Under the pieces are notes generated by a model. The model was not told where the DNA came from. It ran no database searches and worked only from the letters and a program-made list of their open reading frames with translations. Below, piece after piece: positions 21,401 to 29,779 of a stretch of DNA of 64,000 nt; positions within the stretch are counted from its first letter, which is position 1; each line of letters starts with the position of its first letter. Origin of the DNA: Bacteroidaceae bacterium (lineage in GTDB: Bacteria; Bacteroidota; Bacteroidia; Bacteroidales; Barnesiellaceae_A). Position numbers and translations under genes: made by a program. The stretch lies in the NCBI GenBank assembly GCA_017555825.1, contig JAFZFQ010000037.1:862-64861 (forward strand), in the 5' to 3' direction.

Positions 21401-21779
21401 TCGCGAGCTTGATGGCCTTGAGCGCGAAAGTGATGTAGCCGCCTTCTGTGAGCGACTACGCGACCGTTTTGGTGCCATTCCCACCGAGACGCTCGATCTT
21501 GTGCAAGTCGTCAATCTGCGTCGTGTAGCGCGTACACTTGGCTTTGAGAAGGTGTCGCTCAAGCAAGGGCGTATGTATCTATACTTTGTGGGCGATGAGC
21601 ACACAGCCTACTACCAGTCGGCGGCATTTGGCAGGGTGCTCAATTATATGCAACATCATCCGCGTCAATGTAAATTGCGCGAGGTCAACAGTCGCCGTTC
21701 TATGGTCGTAGACAATATCACCGATGTACTTACTGCGGTACAACTGCTCAAGACTATCACCCAGACCGAGAGCGTGTAA
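18438..21779 (+). CDS. mfd: Transcription-repair coupling factor
   Basis: UvrB-like N-terminus, CarD-like VHIDHGIG, GDVGFGKT, DEEQ, QLRGRVGR, TRCF domain. Confidence 0.97.
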   Translation: MELVELKSVINTPARKKALLAVLSDRKVKRIALAGLEGSAVAFALCNLLDTGKHTIIVAGDSDEAGYLYHDLVQLEGEQRVAFFPSGYKRNIKYGQVDAPAGIMRTDVLNRLKLKEPLLVVTYPEAIAEKVVQEKVLEQNTLHISIQEPVDITFVAQVLREYGFARVDYVYEPGQYAVRGSILDVFSYSNEYPYRIDFFGDDVESIRSFDVDSQLSREKHDEVYIIPNVCNRVENGVSLLEFVDAKTLFAFGDLARTIDRIIELSKETLAVQAYVTEEVDVNAMQKIVDADAFARSLVSFRRIEYGKKTIETPQATIEYNCSLQGIYHKNFDLVSDSFVKFQQEGYKLYIASDNEKQTDRLRDIFADRGDDITFTPILHTVHAGFVDNDMKVCCFTDHQIFDRFHKYNLKSDRARSGKMALSLRELQQIEVGDYLVHIDHGIGQFGGLTHTEIAGKKQEAIKVIYKNGDLIYVSIHALHKLSKYRSKEGEAPTLNRLGTGAWERMKERTKSKMKDIARDLIKLYAARRQEKGFAYSPDNFMQHELEASFIYEDTPDQVKATQDVKGDMESARPMDRLICGDVGFGKTEVAIRAAFKATCDNKQVAVLVPTTVLAFQHYQTFSDRLREFPVRVEYLSRARKPKEVRRILAELKEGKVDILIGTHRIIGKDVEFKDLGLLVIDEEQKFGVAVKEKLKQMKVNVDTLTMSATPIPRTLQFSLMGARDLSAITTPPSNRYPIMTEVHSFNEDIIREAVNFEMSRNGQVFFVNNNIEQLATLHNLITRLVPDVRIAIGHGRMSPDELEKVILDFVNYDYDVLLATTIIESGIDMPNTNTIIINNAHKFGLSELHQLRGRVGRSNRKAFCYLLTPPHHAFSEESRRRLQAIESFSDLGSGIHIAMQDLDIRGAGNLLGAEQSGFIADLGYETYQKILQEAVSELKTQEFSELYYSESDKGGAETYVADCQFESDLNLFISADYVPMDNERITLYRELDGLERESDVAAFCERLRDRFGAIPTETLDLVQVVNLRRVARTLGFEKVSLKQGRMYLYFVGDEHTAYYQSAAFGRVLNYMQHHPRQCKLREVNSRRSMVVDNITDVLTAVQLLKTITQTESV

Positions 21780-21785
21780 GGATGG

Positions 21786-23117
21786 CTATATGCCCGTAGC
21801 GCCAATATCTTCGGGCTTGTATCCTTGCGATACGAGCGACTGTGCTATGTAGTAGCGACCCGAGGCGTTCTGGAATGGATATAGCTCGAACAATGGCATA
21901 ATGGCTATGGCATATTCCATGATTTGCGATTGAATGATTTCGTAGCTCTCCCAATGTGTAGTATTGGTGAAGCAATAGAGTTGCAAAGGCATGCCATTGC
22001 CGTCGGGTTGTAGCGAGCGCACCATCAACGTATACTCCTCACGGTGCTGAATATCGGGGTGTAGCGAGAGATAGTTTGTGAGGTATTGCCTGAAAAGAGC
22101 CAGGTTTGTACCGGCTTGGTTGTTGCCCAAGGCTTCGTGAGGCGTGTTGTCGTTGGTGGGGTTGTAGATTGTTATGCCGTTTTTCTCTATAAAGTTGGCA
22201 ATGACGCTGTGTGTCGAGAGTCGCTTTATCAACTCCGGAGTGCAGAACTGTATGGAGTTGAGGTCTACCACTATCGACTGCATGATGCGTCGGCCACCCG
22301 ACTCTTTCATTCCGCGCCAATTCTGTATAGGTTGCGATACCAGCGTGTATGGTGGCAACATGATGAGTGTGTTGTCGTAGTTGCGCACCTTTACCGTGTT
22401 GAGCGATACATCTGTTACTACACCATCGACTATAGTACCCGGTATGGTTATCCAGTCGTCGTTGCGCACCATATCGTATTGGGCAATCTGTATGCCGGCC
22501 ACAAAGCCGAGTATTGTATCTTTGAAAATGAGCAACAGAATAGCGGCAAAAGCACCCAATCCGGTGATAAGTGCCGCGGGCGAGCGGTTGATGAGAATAG
22601 AGACTGTAACGATGCATCCCAATGCGATAAAAACGCCGTGAATAATCTGTAGTATGCCCTTCATGGGTCGGTTGCGCATGCGGCTGTGCTCATAGAAGGC
22701 ATCCCATAGCAGAGATACAAATGTATTGACCGTGCTCACCATGACCCACACCAGGGCTATGATGCACACACGTTGCAGGGAGGTGAGCAGTGTGCCACTG
22801 AAGGCAAAAGGAAGCATGATGTGTATGCTTGTAGGAGGGATAAACCACAATGCACGCGATATGAGTTGCGACCGATAGAGGTTGCCAAAGAAAGCCCCCT
22901 TGCGATGTTGCAAGATGTGTTTAAGTATAAAATTCGACAACCAACTGAGCACGAACATGGCCAGAAACGACTGCAAGACAATAACAATAAGGTATATCCA
23001 CTTGTCATATATCCCGCTCGAGGCCTGGTGCAACCCCATGTGCGAGAGTATATCGCGAATGTGTTGCAGCAGTCTGTGGGCAGCCGAGCTCGAGTTGTTG
23101 TCGATAGATAGTAGCAT
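21786..23117 (-). CDS. Mechanosensitive channel, MscS family (YbdG/MscM-like)
   Basis: TM helices, FKDTILGFVAGIQ, TVKVRNYDNT, NWRGMKESGGRRI, TNLALFRQY. Confidence 0.92.
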   Translation of the reverse strand: MLLSIDNNSSSAAHRLLQHIRDILSHMGLHQASSGIYDKWIYLIVIVLQSFLAMFVLSWLSNFILKHILQHRKGAFFGNLYRSQLISRALWFIPPTSIHIMLPFAFSGTLLTSLQRVCIIALVWVMVSTVNTFVSLLWDAFYEHSRMRNRPMKGILQIIHGVFIALGCIVTVSILINRSPAALITGLGAFAAILLLIFKDTILGFVAGIQIAQYDMVRNDDWITIPGTIVDGVVTDVSLNTVKVRNYDNTLIMLPPYTLVSQPIQNWRGMKESGGRRIMQSIVVDLNSIQFCTPELIKRLSTHSVIANFIEKNGITIYNPTNDNTPHEALGNNQAGTNLALFRQYLTNYLSLHPDIQHREEYTLMVRSLQPDGNGMPLQLYCFTNTTHWESYEIIQSQIMEYAIAIMPLFELYPFQNASGRYYIAQSLVSQGYKPEDIGATGI

Positions 23118-23223
23118 ATTGTTACCAACAATCGTTACCGATGTTTGTTCAACGTTTTGAGAGTCGCATAAAAATTACTATCTTCGCGCCGAATTTGAAA
23201 ACGAACACAATAAATATATTATC

Positions 23224-24327
23224 ATGGCATTGAAATGCGGTATTGTTGGCTTGCCCAACGTCGGAAAATCGACACTTTTCAACTGTTTGTCAAACGCTAA
23301 AGCTCAATCGGCAAACTTCCCCTTCTGTACAATAGAGCCCAATGTGGGTGTGATAACAGTGCCCGACGAGCGCTTGAACAAGTTGGCCGAGATTATACAT
23401 CCCCAACGCATTGTTCCTACTACTGTAGAGATTGTAGATATTGCCGGTCTTGTAAAGGGTGCAAGCAAGGGCGAAGGTTTGGGTAACAAGTTCCTTGCCA
23501 ACATTCGCGAGACAGATGCTATTCTTCACGTGTTGCGTTGCTTTGACGACGATAATATTACCCACGTAGACGGTAGTGTTGATCCCGTGCGCGATAAAGA
23601 GATTATCGACTATGAGTTGCAACTCAAGGACCTCGAAACCATCGATGCCCGCATCGCCAAGGTACAAAAGCAAGCTCAAACCGGTGGCGACAAGAATGCC
23701 AAGATGACCTACGATGTGTTGAGCCGTTACAAAGAGGCTCTTGAGCAAGGTAAGGCTGCTCGTACCGTGCAATTTGAAACAAAAGACGAGCAACGCATTG
23801 CACACGATCTCTTCTTGCTCACCAGCAAGCCCGTATTGTATGTATGTAACGTAGACGAGGGTAGCGCTGTGAGCGGTAATGCCTATGTAGAGCGTGTGCG
23901 TGAGGCTGTAAAGGAGGAGAATGCCGAGATTCTTATTTTGGCAGCCAAGACCGAGTCGGAGATTGCCGAGTTTGAAGATTATGAGGAGCGTAAGATGTTC
24001 CTCGACGAGATAGGTCTTGAGGAGTCGGGCGTATCGCGTCTTATTCGTTCGGCCTACAAGTTGCTCGACCTCGAAACATATATCACTGCCGGCGAGCTTG
24101 AGGTGCGTGCCTGGACCTATCGCAAGGGTAGCAAGGCTCCCCAATGTGCCGGTGTTATCCACACCGACTTTGAGAAAGGTTTTATTCGCGCCGAGGTTAT
24201 CAAGTACGAAGATTTCATTACTCTTGGATCGGAGGCTGCCTGTAAAGATGCCGGTAAGATGAGCATCGAGGGCAAAGAGTATGTCGTACAAGATGGCGAT
24301 ATCATGCACTTCCGCTTCAACGTGTAA
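23224..24327 (+). CDS. ychF: Redox-regulated ATPase YchF
   Basis: GIVGLPNVGKST, NFPFCTIEPN, DIAGLV, TGS domain. Confidence 0.98.
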   Translation: MALKCGIVGLPNVGKSTLFNCLSNAKAQSANFPFCTIEPNVGVITVPDERLNKLAEIIHPQRIVPTTVEIVDIAGLVKGASKGEGLGNKFLANIRETDAILHVLRCFDDDNITHVDGSVDPVRDKEIIDYELQLKDLETIDARIAKVQKQAQTGGDKNAKMTYDVLSRYKEALEQGKAARTVQFETKDEQRIAHDLFLLTSKPVLYVCNVDEGSAVSGNAYVERVREAVKEENAEILILAAKTESEIAEFEDYEERKMFLDEIGLEESGVSRLIRSAYKLLDLETYITAGELEVRAWTYRKGSKAPQCAGVIHTDFEKGFIRAEVIKYEDFITLGSEAACKDAGKMSIEGKEYVVQDGDIMHFRFNV

Positions 24328-24346
24328 GCATCTACTGTATAGATAT

Positions 24347-24383
24347 AAATGCCATGCAAAACATTTGTTTTGTGTGGCATTTT
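24347..24383 (+). terminator. Intrinsic terminator after ychF
   Basis: AAATGCCATGCAAAAC...GTTTTGTGTGGCATTTT. Confidence 0.7.
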
Positions 24384-24513
24384 CATTGTCAGGGGGTTCA
24401 ATGTGTTTGTATCTGTGTTTGTATCTCTATGTAGAATGAAAAATCTTTCACTAACGTAGCGCGATTGTCGATAGAAAAATCTATCTTTGTAAGTTAAAAT
24501 GTAATAGCTAAAT

Positions 24514-25290
24514 ATGTTGACTCAAATAACACTCAACGGCACACGTGTACAGTATAAGGTAGTAGGCGAGGGTGCTCCTGTCATTTTGCTACATGGCTGG
24601 GGTTGTAACATTGCTACAATGGCTTCTATTGAGGCTATTTTGTCGCCTCACTTCAAGGTCTATACACTCGATTTTCCCGGATTTGGTGGTAGCGAAACGC
24701 CTGCCGATGTGTGGGGTGTAGAGGAGTATACACAAATGCTGGAGCGTTTTGTGGCTGAGTTGCATATTGACAACCCTATACTCATAGGTCACTCTTTCGG
24801 TGGTCGCGTATCTATCTTGTACGGCTCGCGCAATGAGGTGCGCAAGATTGTATTGGTCGATGCTGCCGGAGCCAAGCCTCGACGCCCGCTCAAGTATTAC
24901 TGCAAGGTATACTCTTATAAACTCTACAAGCAATTCTTGTACCTGACAATGGGCAAGGAGCGTGCCGAGGAGAAGTTGGAGGCGCGTCGTCGCACTGCCG
25001 GTTCGGCCGATTACAATGCCCTCACTGGTATGATGCGTCGCATTCTCGTCAAGGTGGTAAACGAGTATCTCGAAAAAGAGATGACCTTGATAAAGTGCCC
25101 TGTGCAACTTATATGGGGAGCCAATGACAAGGATACCAAGCTACGCGAAGCCAAGGTAATGCTCAAGCGCATACCCAATGCACGCCTTGATGTGATAGAG
25201 GATGCTGCACACTATTCATTTATTGACAACCCCTTCCGTTTTCGTTCATATCTCACCGCATTCTTGAAAAAAGAGATTTACGGTAAATAA
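24514..25290 (+). CDS. Alpha/beta hydrolase (esterase-like)
   Basis: LHGWG, DFPGFG, nucleophile GHSFG, probable Asp (GANDKDT) and His (AAHYSF); TATCTTTG promoter at 24482-24489. Confidence 0.9.
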   Translation: MLTQITLNGTRVQYKVVGEGAPVILLHGWGCNIATMASIEAILSPHFKVYTLDFPGFGGSETPADVWGVEEYTQMLERFVAELHIDNPILIGHSFGGRVSILYGSRNEVRKIVLVDAAGAKPRRPLKYYCKVYSYKLYKQFLYLTMGKERAEEKLEARRRTAGSADYNALTGMMRRILVKVVNEYLEKEMTLIKCPVQLIWGANDKDTKLREAKVMLKRIPNARLDVIEDAAHYSFIDNPFRFRSYLTAFLKKEIYGK

Positions 25291-25301
25291 TTATAATCGC
25301 A

Positions 25302-26873
25302 ATGATAACACTTATCACACAAATAGTATTGCTTCTTGCCCTCATCATCTATGTGGGTGTGGCGTTGAAGTATGAGTTGCAAATGTTGCAACAAAACAGC
25401 TATCGCAACGATCGTTATATGAGATGGATGAAGAACAACGGCGACTCATCATCGCCTCGTCGTCTCGTACTCTATTTCCTTCTGCTCATATCTTGCACAC
25501 GCTTTACCCCCGAGATTATCCATCCCTTTATTGCGGTGGTGCTGGTGGTATTTGCCGTGCGTGAGTTGCGCATGAAGTACAAGAAACCTCTTGTTTTTAC
25601 CCAACGTGCTACTCGTCTCTACATCGCTATGTGGGTTTGTGTGCTATGTGTTGTTGCCGTGTTTGCAGTAGCTACACGCTACTCTATCTATGCAGTGCTT
25701 TTGGCATTGCTCGCATCGGCGGCTTTCTCGTGGGTGGTACTCATGGCTGCCAATATGCTTATGCACCCCATCGAACTTCAAATAAACAAAGGCTTTTATA
25801 ACGAGGCCAAGAAGATACTTGAGTCAATGCCCAATTTGCGCATCATCGGTGTTACCGGTAGCTATGGCAAGACCAGTACCAAGCACTATTTGTATCGCAT
25901 CCTTAGCGAGAAGTACAATGTGTTGATGACTCCCGGTAGCTTCAATACACCTATGGGAGTGATACGCACCGTGCGCGAAATGATGAAACCCTATTATGAT
26001 GTCTTCATCGTAGAGATGGGTGCCAAGCAGTTGGGCGACATCAAAGAGATATGCGACCTTGTGTGCCCCACAATAGGTATTGTTACTGCTGTGGGCGAGC
26101 AACACTTGGAGTCGTTCAAGAGCATTGAGAATGTGCAACGCACCAAGTTTGAGCTTGTAGATGCGCTACCTGCCGATGGCTTGGCAGTAGTGAACAATGA
26201 CTTTGAATATATAGCCAATCGCAAGGTCGACAACGTGGCAGTGAAGCGTTATGCCCTTGGCGAAGGCTTCGACTATCATATAGAGAATGTTGAGTATGGC
26301 GAGGTAGAGACCCGCTTCACAGTGGTGGGCGAGGGACGTAGCATAGAGCTTGCCACCAAGTTGGTAGGCGATTGCAACTTGTCCAATCTTATGGCTTCGG
26401 TTATTGTGGCACTACACCTTGATGTGCCCGAGAAGTCTATACGATATGGCGTGAGTCAAATAGAACAGGTGGAGCACCGCTTGAATATGAAGCGCACTCC
26501 CGGTGGCTTGTCTATTATCGACGACGCTTTCAACTCCAATCCCGATGGTGCTCGCATGGCACTCGATGTGCTTGCGCGTATGAAGACCGGCAAACGCATT
26601 GTCATTACACCGGGTATGATAGAGTTGGGTGACAAGCAAGTGGAGTATAACAAGCGATTTGGCGAGCAAATGGCCTCAGCAGCCGACTATGTGATGATTG
26701 TGGGTGCATATAACCGCGAGGCAATCCTATCGGGTCTTGTAGAGGGTGGTATGTCGCAAGAGAATATATTCATAGCCGATAGCTTTGCCATAGCGCAAGG
26801 CCGATTAGTACAGATAGCCCGTGCCGGTGATGTGGTATTGTATGAAAATGACCTGCCCGACACGTTTAAGTAA
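25302..26873 (+). CDS. murF: MurF-type Mur ligase with N-terminal transmembrane region
   Basis: About five hydrophobic segments, then GVTGSYGKTSTK, SFNTPMG, VEMGA, HLESF, IIDDAFNSNP, TPGMIELG. Confidence 0.85.
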   Translation: MITLITQIVLLLALIIYVGVALKYELQMLQQNSYRNDRYMRWMKNNGDSSSPRRLVLYFLLLISCTRFTPEIIHPFIAVVLVVFAVRELRMKYKKPLVFTQRATRLYIAMWVCVLCVVAVFAVATRYSIYAVLLALLASAAFSWVVLMAANMLMHPIELQINKGFYNEAKKILESMPNLRIIGVTGSYGKTSTKHYLYRILSEKYNVLMTPGSFNTPMGVIRTVREMMKPYYDVFIVEMGAKQLGDIKEICDLVCPTIGIVTAVGEQHLESFKSIENVQRTKFELVDALPADGLAVVNNDFEYIANRKVDNVAVKRYALGEGFDYHIENVEYGEVETRFTVVGEGRSIELATKLVGDCNLSNLMASVIVALHLDVPEKSIRYGVSQIEQVEHRLNMKRTPGGLSIIDDAFNSNPDGARMALDVLARMKTGKRIVITPGMIELGDKQVEYNKRFGEQMASAADYVMIVGAYNREAILSGLVEGGMSQENIFIADSFAIAQGRLVQIARAGDVVLYENDLPDTFK

Positions 26874-26902
26874 GCGAATAGAAAAAACAGAAAACTGAAA
26901 TA

Positions 26903-28099
26903 ATGAAAACAACCGTAGGTGTATTTTTCGGAGGTCGCTCGGTAGAGCACGAAATATCGGTGCTTACTGCCCTCCAAGCTATGTATGCTTTTGATAGCAA
27001 CAAATACAATATTGTGCCTGTATATATCTCGAAAGAGGGTCGCTGGTATAGTGGCGAGGCTCTCATGTCGGTGTCGAACTTCCGCGACATGAACGCCCTC
27101 AAGGCGCAATGCGAAGAGGTGTATATGAACCCCGAATTTGGCGATTACAACCTCTATCGTCGCAAGAAAAAACTCTTTGGCTCGCCCATCGTCACCACTT
27201 TGGATGTGGTAGTACCTGCCTTGCACGGTACAAATGGCGAGGATGGTGTATTCCAAGGTTTGTTGGAGACCATTGGTATTCCTTTTGCCGGATGTAACAC
27301 CCTCTCGGCAGCCATCGGTATGGACAAGATTGTAATGAAGATGGTACTTGAGAGCTGCAATATACCCATTGTAGACTATGTGTGGTTTACCGACAAACAA
27401 TGGTTTACCGACCGTGATCGTTGGGCAGATGAGGTGGAGCAAAAGATAGGCTATCCCGTGATTGTAAAACCCGCCAACTTGGGCTCAAGTGTGGGTATAT
27501 CGCGTGCCGACAACCGTGTGGAGTTTATGACCAAGGTCGATGAGGCAAGTCGCTACTCTACTCGTTTGGTGGTAGAAGATTTGGTTGAAAACCTCAAAGA
27601 GATAAACTGCTCGGTGCTTGGCGATTGCGACGACTACATGGCGTCGGTGTGCGAGGAGCCTATCAAGAGTGGTAAGATACTCTCTTACGAGGATAAATAC
27701 ATGGGCGGTAGCCAAGGCGAGAGTGGCATGCAAGCCAGCGAGAAGCGCATTCCTGCCGACCTCACTCCCGAGCAGACAGCTCGTGTGCAATTCTTGGCCG
27801 GAGAGACTTTCCGCGTGCTCTCGTGTCATGGTGTAGCTCGTGTCGATGTGATGATTGACGACAACACCGGCGACATCTATGTCAACGAAATCAACGCTAT
27901 TCCCGGTTCGCTTTCGTTCTACTTGTGGGAGGCTACCAAAGTGCCCTTCGATGAGTTGATGGATCGTATGGTGCAGCTCGCCCTCAAGCGCAAGCGCGAG
28001 GCTGCCAACAAAACCGTGAGCTACACCCAAAACATCTTTGCCCTTGGTGGTGGCGGTGTAAAGGGTGCTAAAGGAGCCAAAGGTGCTAAGCTGAAATAA
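26903..28099 (+). CDS. ddl: D-alanine--D-alanine ligase
   Basis: FGGRSVEHEIS, LHGTNGEDG, VKPANLGSSVG, SYEDKY, NEINAIPGSL. Confidence 0.92.
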   Translation: MKTTVGVFFGGRSVEHEISVLTALQAMYAFDSNKYNIVPVYISKEGRWYSGEALMSVSNFRDMNALKAQCEEVYMNPEFGDYNLYRRKKKLFGSPIVTTLDVVVPALHGTNGEDGVFQGLLETIGIPFAGCNTLSAAIGMDKIVMKMVLESCNIPIVDYVWFTDKQWFTDRDRWADEVEQKIGYPVIVKPANLGSSVGISRADNRVEFMTKVDEASRYSTRLVVEDLVENLKEINCSVLGDCDDYMASVCEEPIKSGKILSYEDKYMGGSQGESGMQASEKRIPADLTPEQTARVQFLAGETFRVLSCHGVARVDVMIDDNTGDIYVNEINAIPGSLSFYLWEATKVPFDELMDRMVQLALKRKREAANKTVSYTQNIFALGGGGVKGAKGAKGAKLK

Positions 28100-28123
28100 T
28101 CTGAACCTATTAGTATATATGAG

Positions 28124-28160
28124 AGGGCAAGGGCGGCCGTGATGGTCGCCCTTGCTTTAT
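28124..28160. terminator. Terminator between ddl and gadB
   Basis: AGGGCAAGGGCGGCC-GTGAT-GGTCGCCCTTGCTTT. Confidence 0.8.
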
Positions 28161-28171
28161 TGTGTGAGAGG

Positions 28172-29605
28172 CTATTTCTTGCAACAACCTGTATGAGTAA
28201 ACATCTTATTGTGGTGATGCTCGTTGCGCTCCAAGGCAATGCGCGAGGGTGTGGGGTGCTCAAGTTTTTCGAGCTCGGCAATGGCTGCGCGCATGTCGTC
28301 GAGTAGCATATCGGCCATGTCGCGGCTGAAGCCTTGACGCACCACGATGCGCATTACGACCATCTCTTCGATGTTCTTGGGCATGGTGTAGGCTGGTACC
28401 ATCCAACCACTCTGTTTCAGTTTGTCTTGTAGGTCGTAGAGTGTCCACTTGGCTGTTTTGCTATAAGTACGACACATAAACCATATGAAGAGCGGGTTGA
28501 CAACATCCTTGCAGTAATTGACGAATGGTGTCATCTTGCCTATCTCTTGGTGTAGATAGCGTGCTATCTCCATAGAGTTGTGCTGTACTTGTTTGTAGCC
28601 CTCATATCCGAGGCGGATAAATTGGTAGTATTGGCCCAAGATTTGAGCCGCCGGGCGTGAGAAGTTCAAGCCCACTTGCGTGATGTCGGCTCCTAAGTAA
28701 TTGACCGAAAACGACATCTTGCCGGGCAAGTATTTCTTGTCTTTCCATACGACCCAACCGAGACCCGGATATACAAGGCCAAACTTGTGTCCCGATGTGC
28801 TGATAGACAATACCCATTTGAGGCGGAAATCCCAGCGTTTCTCGGGGTGTAGGAAGGGCAGGATGAAACCGCCCGATGCTGCATCGACGTGGATGGGTAT
28901 ATCGTGATGAGTGCGGGCATTGTACTCATCGAGTGCCTTGTCGAGCGCCTCTACATCGTCGTTGAGTCCGGTCCATGTAACACCTTGTATGGGTACAACA
29001 CAGATAGTATTCTCATCGCACAGCGCCAAGGCGTCGTGAGGGTCGAGGGTGGGTTTTTCGAGCGATAGAGGTACGGTGCGCATCTCTATCTGCCACAAGT
29101 CGGCAAATTTTTCCCATACTACTTGGTAGCCCGTAGAGATAACAAAATTGGGTTTGTCGGTGGGCTTGCCTTGTGCCATGCGACGCTCTTTCCAGCGCAA
29201 CCAGGCAGCAACACCACCCAGCATACAAGCCTCGGACGAGCCGATAGCCAATGCGCCGGTTTTCCATTTATTCTGCTCGGGCGAGTTCCATAGGTTGGCC
29301 ACTATATTTATACACTTGGCATTCATTACCGCCACGCGAGGATACTCGGTCTCATCTATATAATTGATAGCGATGGCCTCGTTCATGAGTTTGGTAGCAA
29401 AGGGATCCATGTAGGTGGTAACGAAGGTTGCCAGGTTGAGACGAGGTTGCGTCTGTGCAAAAGTCTCATTTTTCACCATCTGATAGGCAATCTCGGGTCG
29501 GGTACCATGTTGAGGAATGGCATCGACGGGCGAGGGTTGCAACATCTCTTCCGAGCCGAATACCGCTGCATGTTCGCAGCAACTTTTGTTTTCTGTTTTT
29601 TCCAT
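28172..29605 (-). CDS. gadB: Glutamate decarboxylase
   Basis: NLATFVTTYM, NYIDETEYP, GSSEACML, IHVDAASGG, PLP lysine in SGHKFG. Confidence 0.95.
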   Translation of the reverse strand: MEKTENKSCCEHAAVFGSEEMLQPSPVDAIPQHGTRPEIAYQMVKNETFAQTQPRLNLATFVTTYMDPFATKLMNEAIAINYIDETEYPRVAVMNAKCINIVANLWNSPEQNKWKTGALAIGSSEACMLGGVAAWLRWKERRMAQGKPTDKPNFVISTGYQVVWEKFADLWQIEMRTVPLSLEKPTLDPHDALALCDENTICVVPIQGVTWTGLNDDVEALDKALDEYNARTHHDIPIHVDAASGGFILPFLHPEKRWDFRLKWVLSISTSGHKFGLVYPGLGWVVWKDKKYLPGKMSFSVNYLGADITQVGLNFSRPAAQILGQYYQFIRLGYEGYKQVQHNSMEIARYLHQEIGKMTPFVNYCKDVVNPLFIWFMCRTYSKTAKWTLYDLQDKLKQSGWMVPAYTMPKNIEEMVVMRIVVRQGFSRDMADMLLDDMRAAIAELEKLEHPTPSRIALERNEHHHNKMFTHTGCCKK

Positions 29606-29645
29606 AATCCTAATTTCGTTTTATAAGATTTAGCAGTATTCACAA

Positions 29646-29669
29646 AACGTATTCTTGCAGCCAATGGTT
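29646..29669 (-). promoter_or_regulatory. Putative ECF-type promoter for gadB
   Basis: AAC-CATTGGCTGCAAGAATA(17)-CGTT, 40 nt upstream of the ATG. Confidence 0.55.
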
Positions 29670-29730
29670 GCTTGCAATAAGCATTATTAGTCCTTTTTGT
29701 CTTTTGCCAACGTGTGTCGTATGAGTGCTG

Positions 29731-29754
29731 AACACAAGCCTGCGATTGCGTGTT
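29731..29754 (+). promoter_or_regulatory. Putative ECF-type promoter for the MFS gene
   Basis: AAC-ACAAGCCTGCGATTGCG(17)-TGTT, 25 nt upstream of ATG 29780. Confidence 0.55.
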
Positions 29755-29779
29755 AATATTGCCACAAAACGATAATATT

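Noticed and set aside
26903-28099. van-type glycopeptide resistance cluster
   Set aside because: No vanH/X/Y/T or vanRS genes, and the ligase keeps the Tyr typical of D-Ala-D-Ala ligases.
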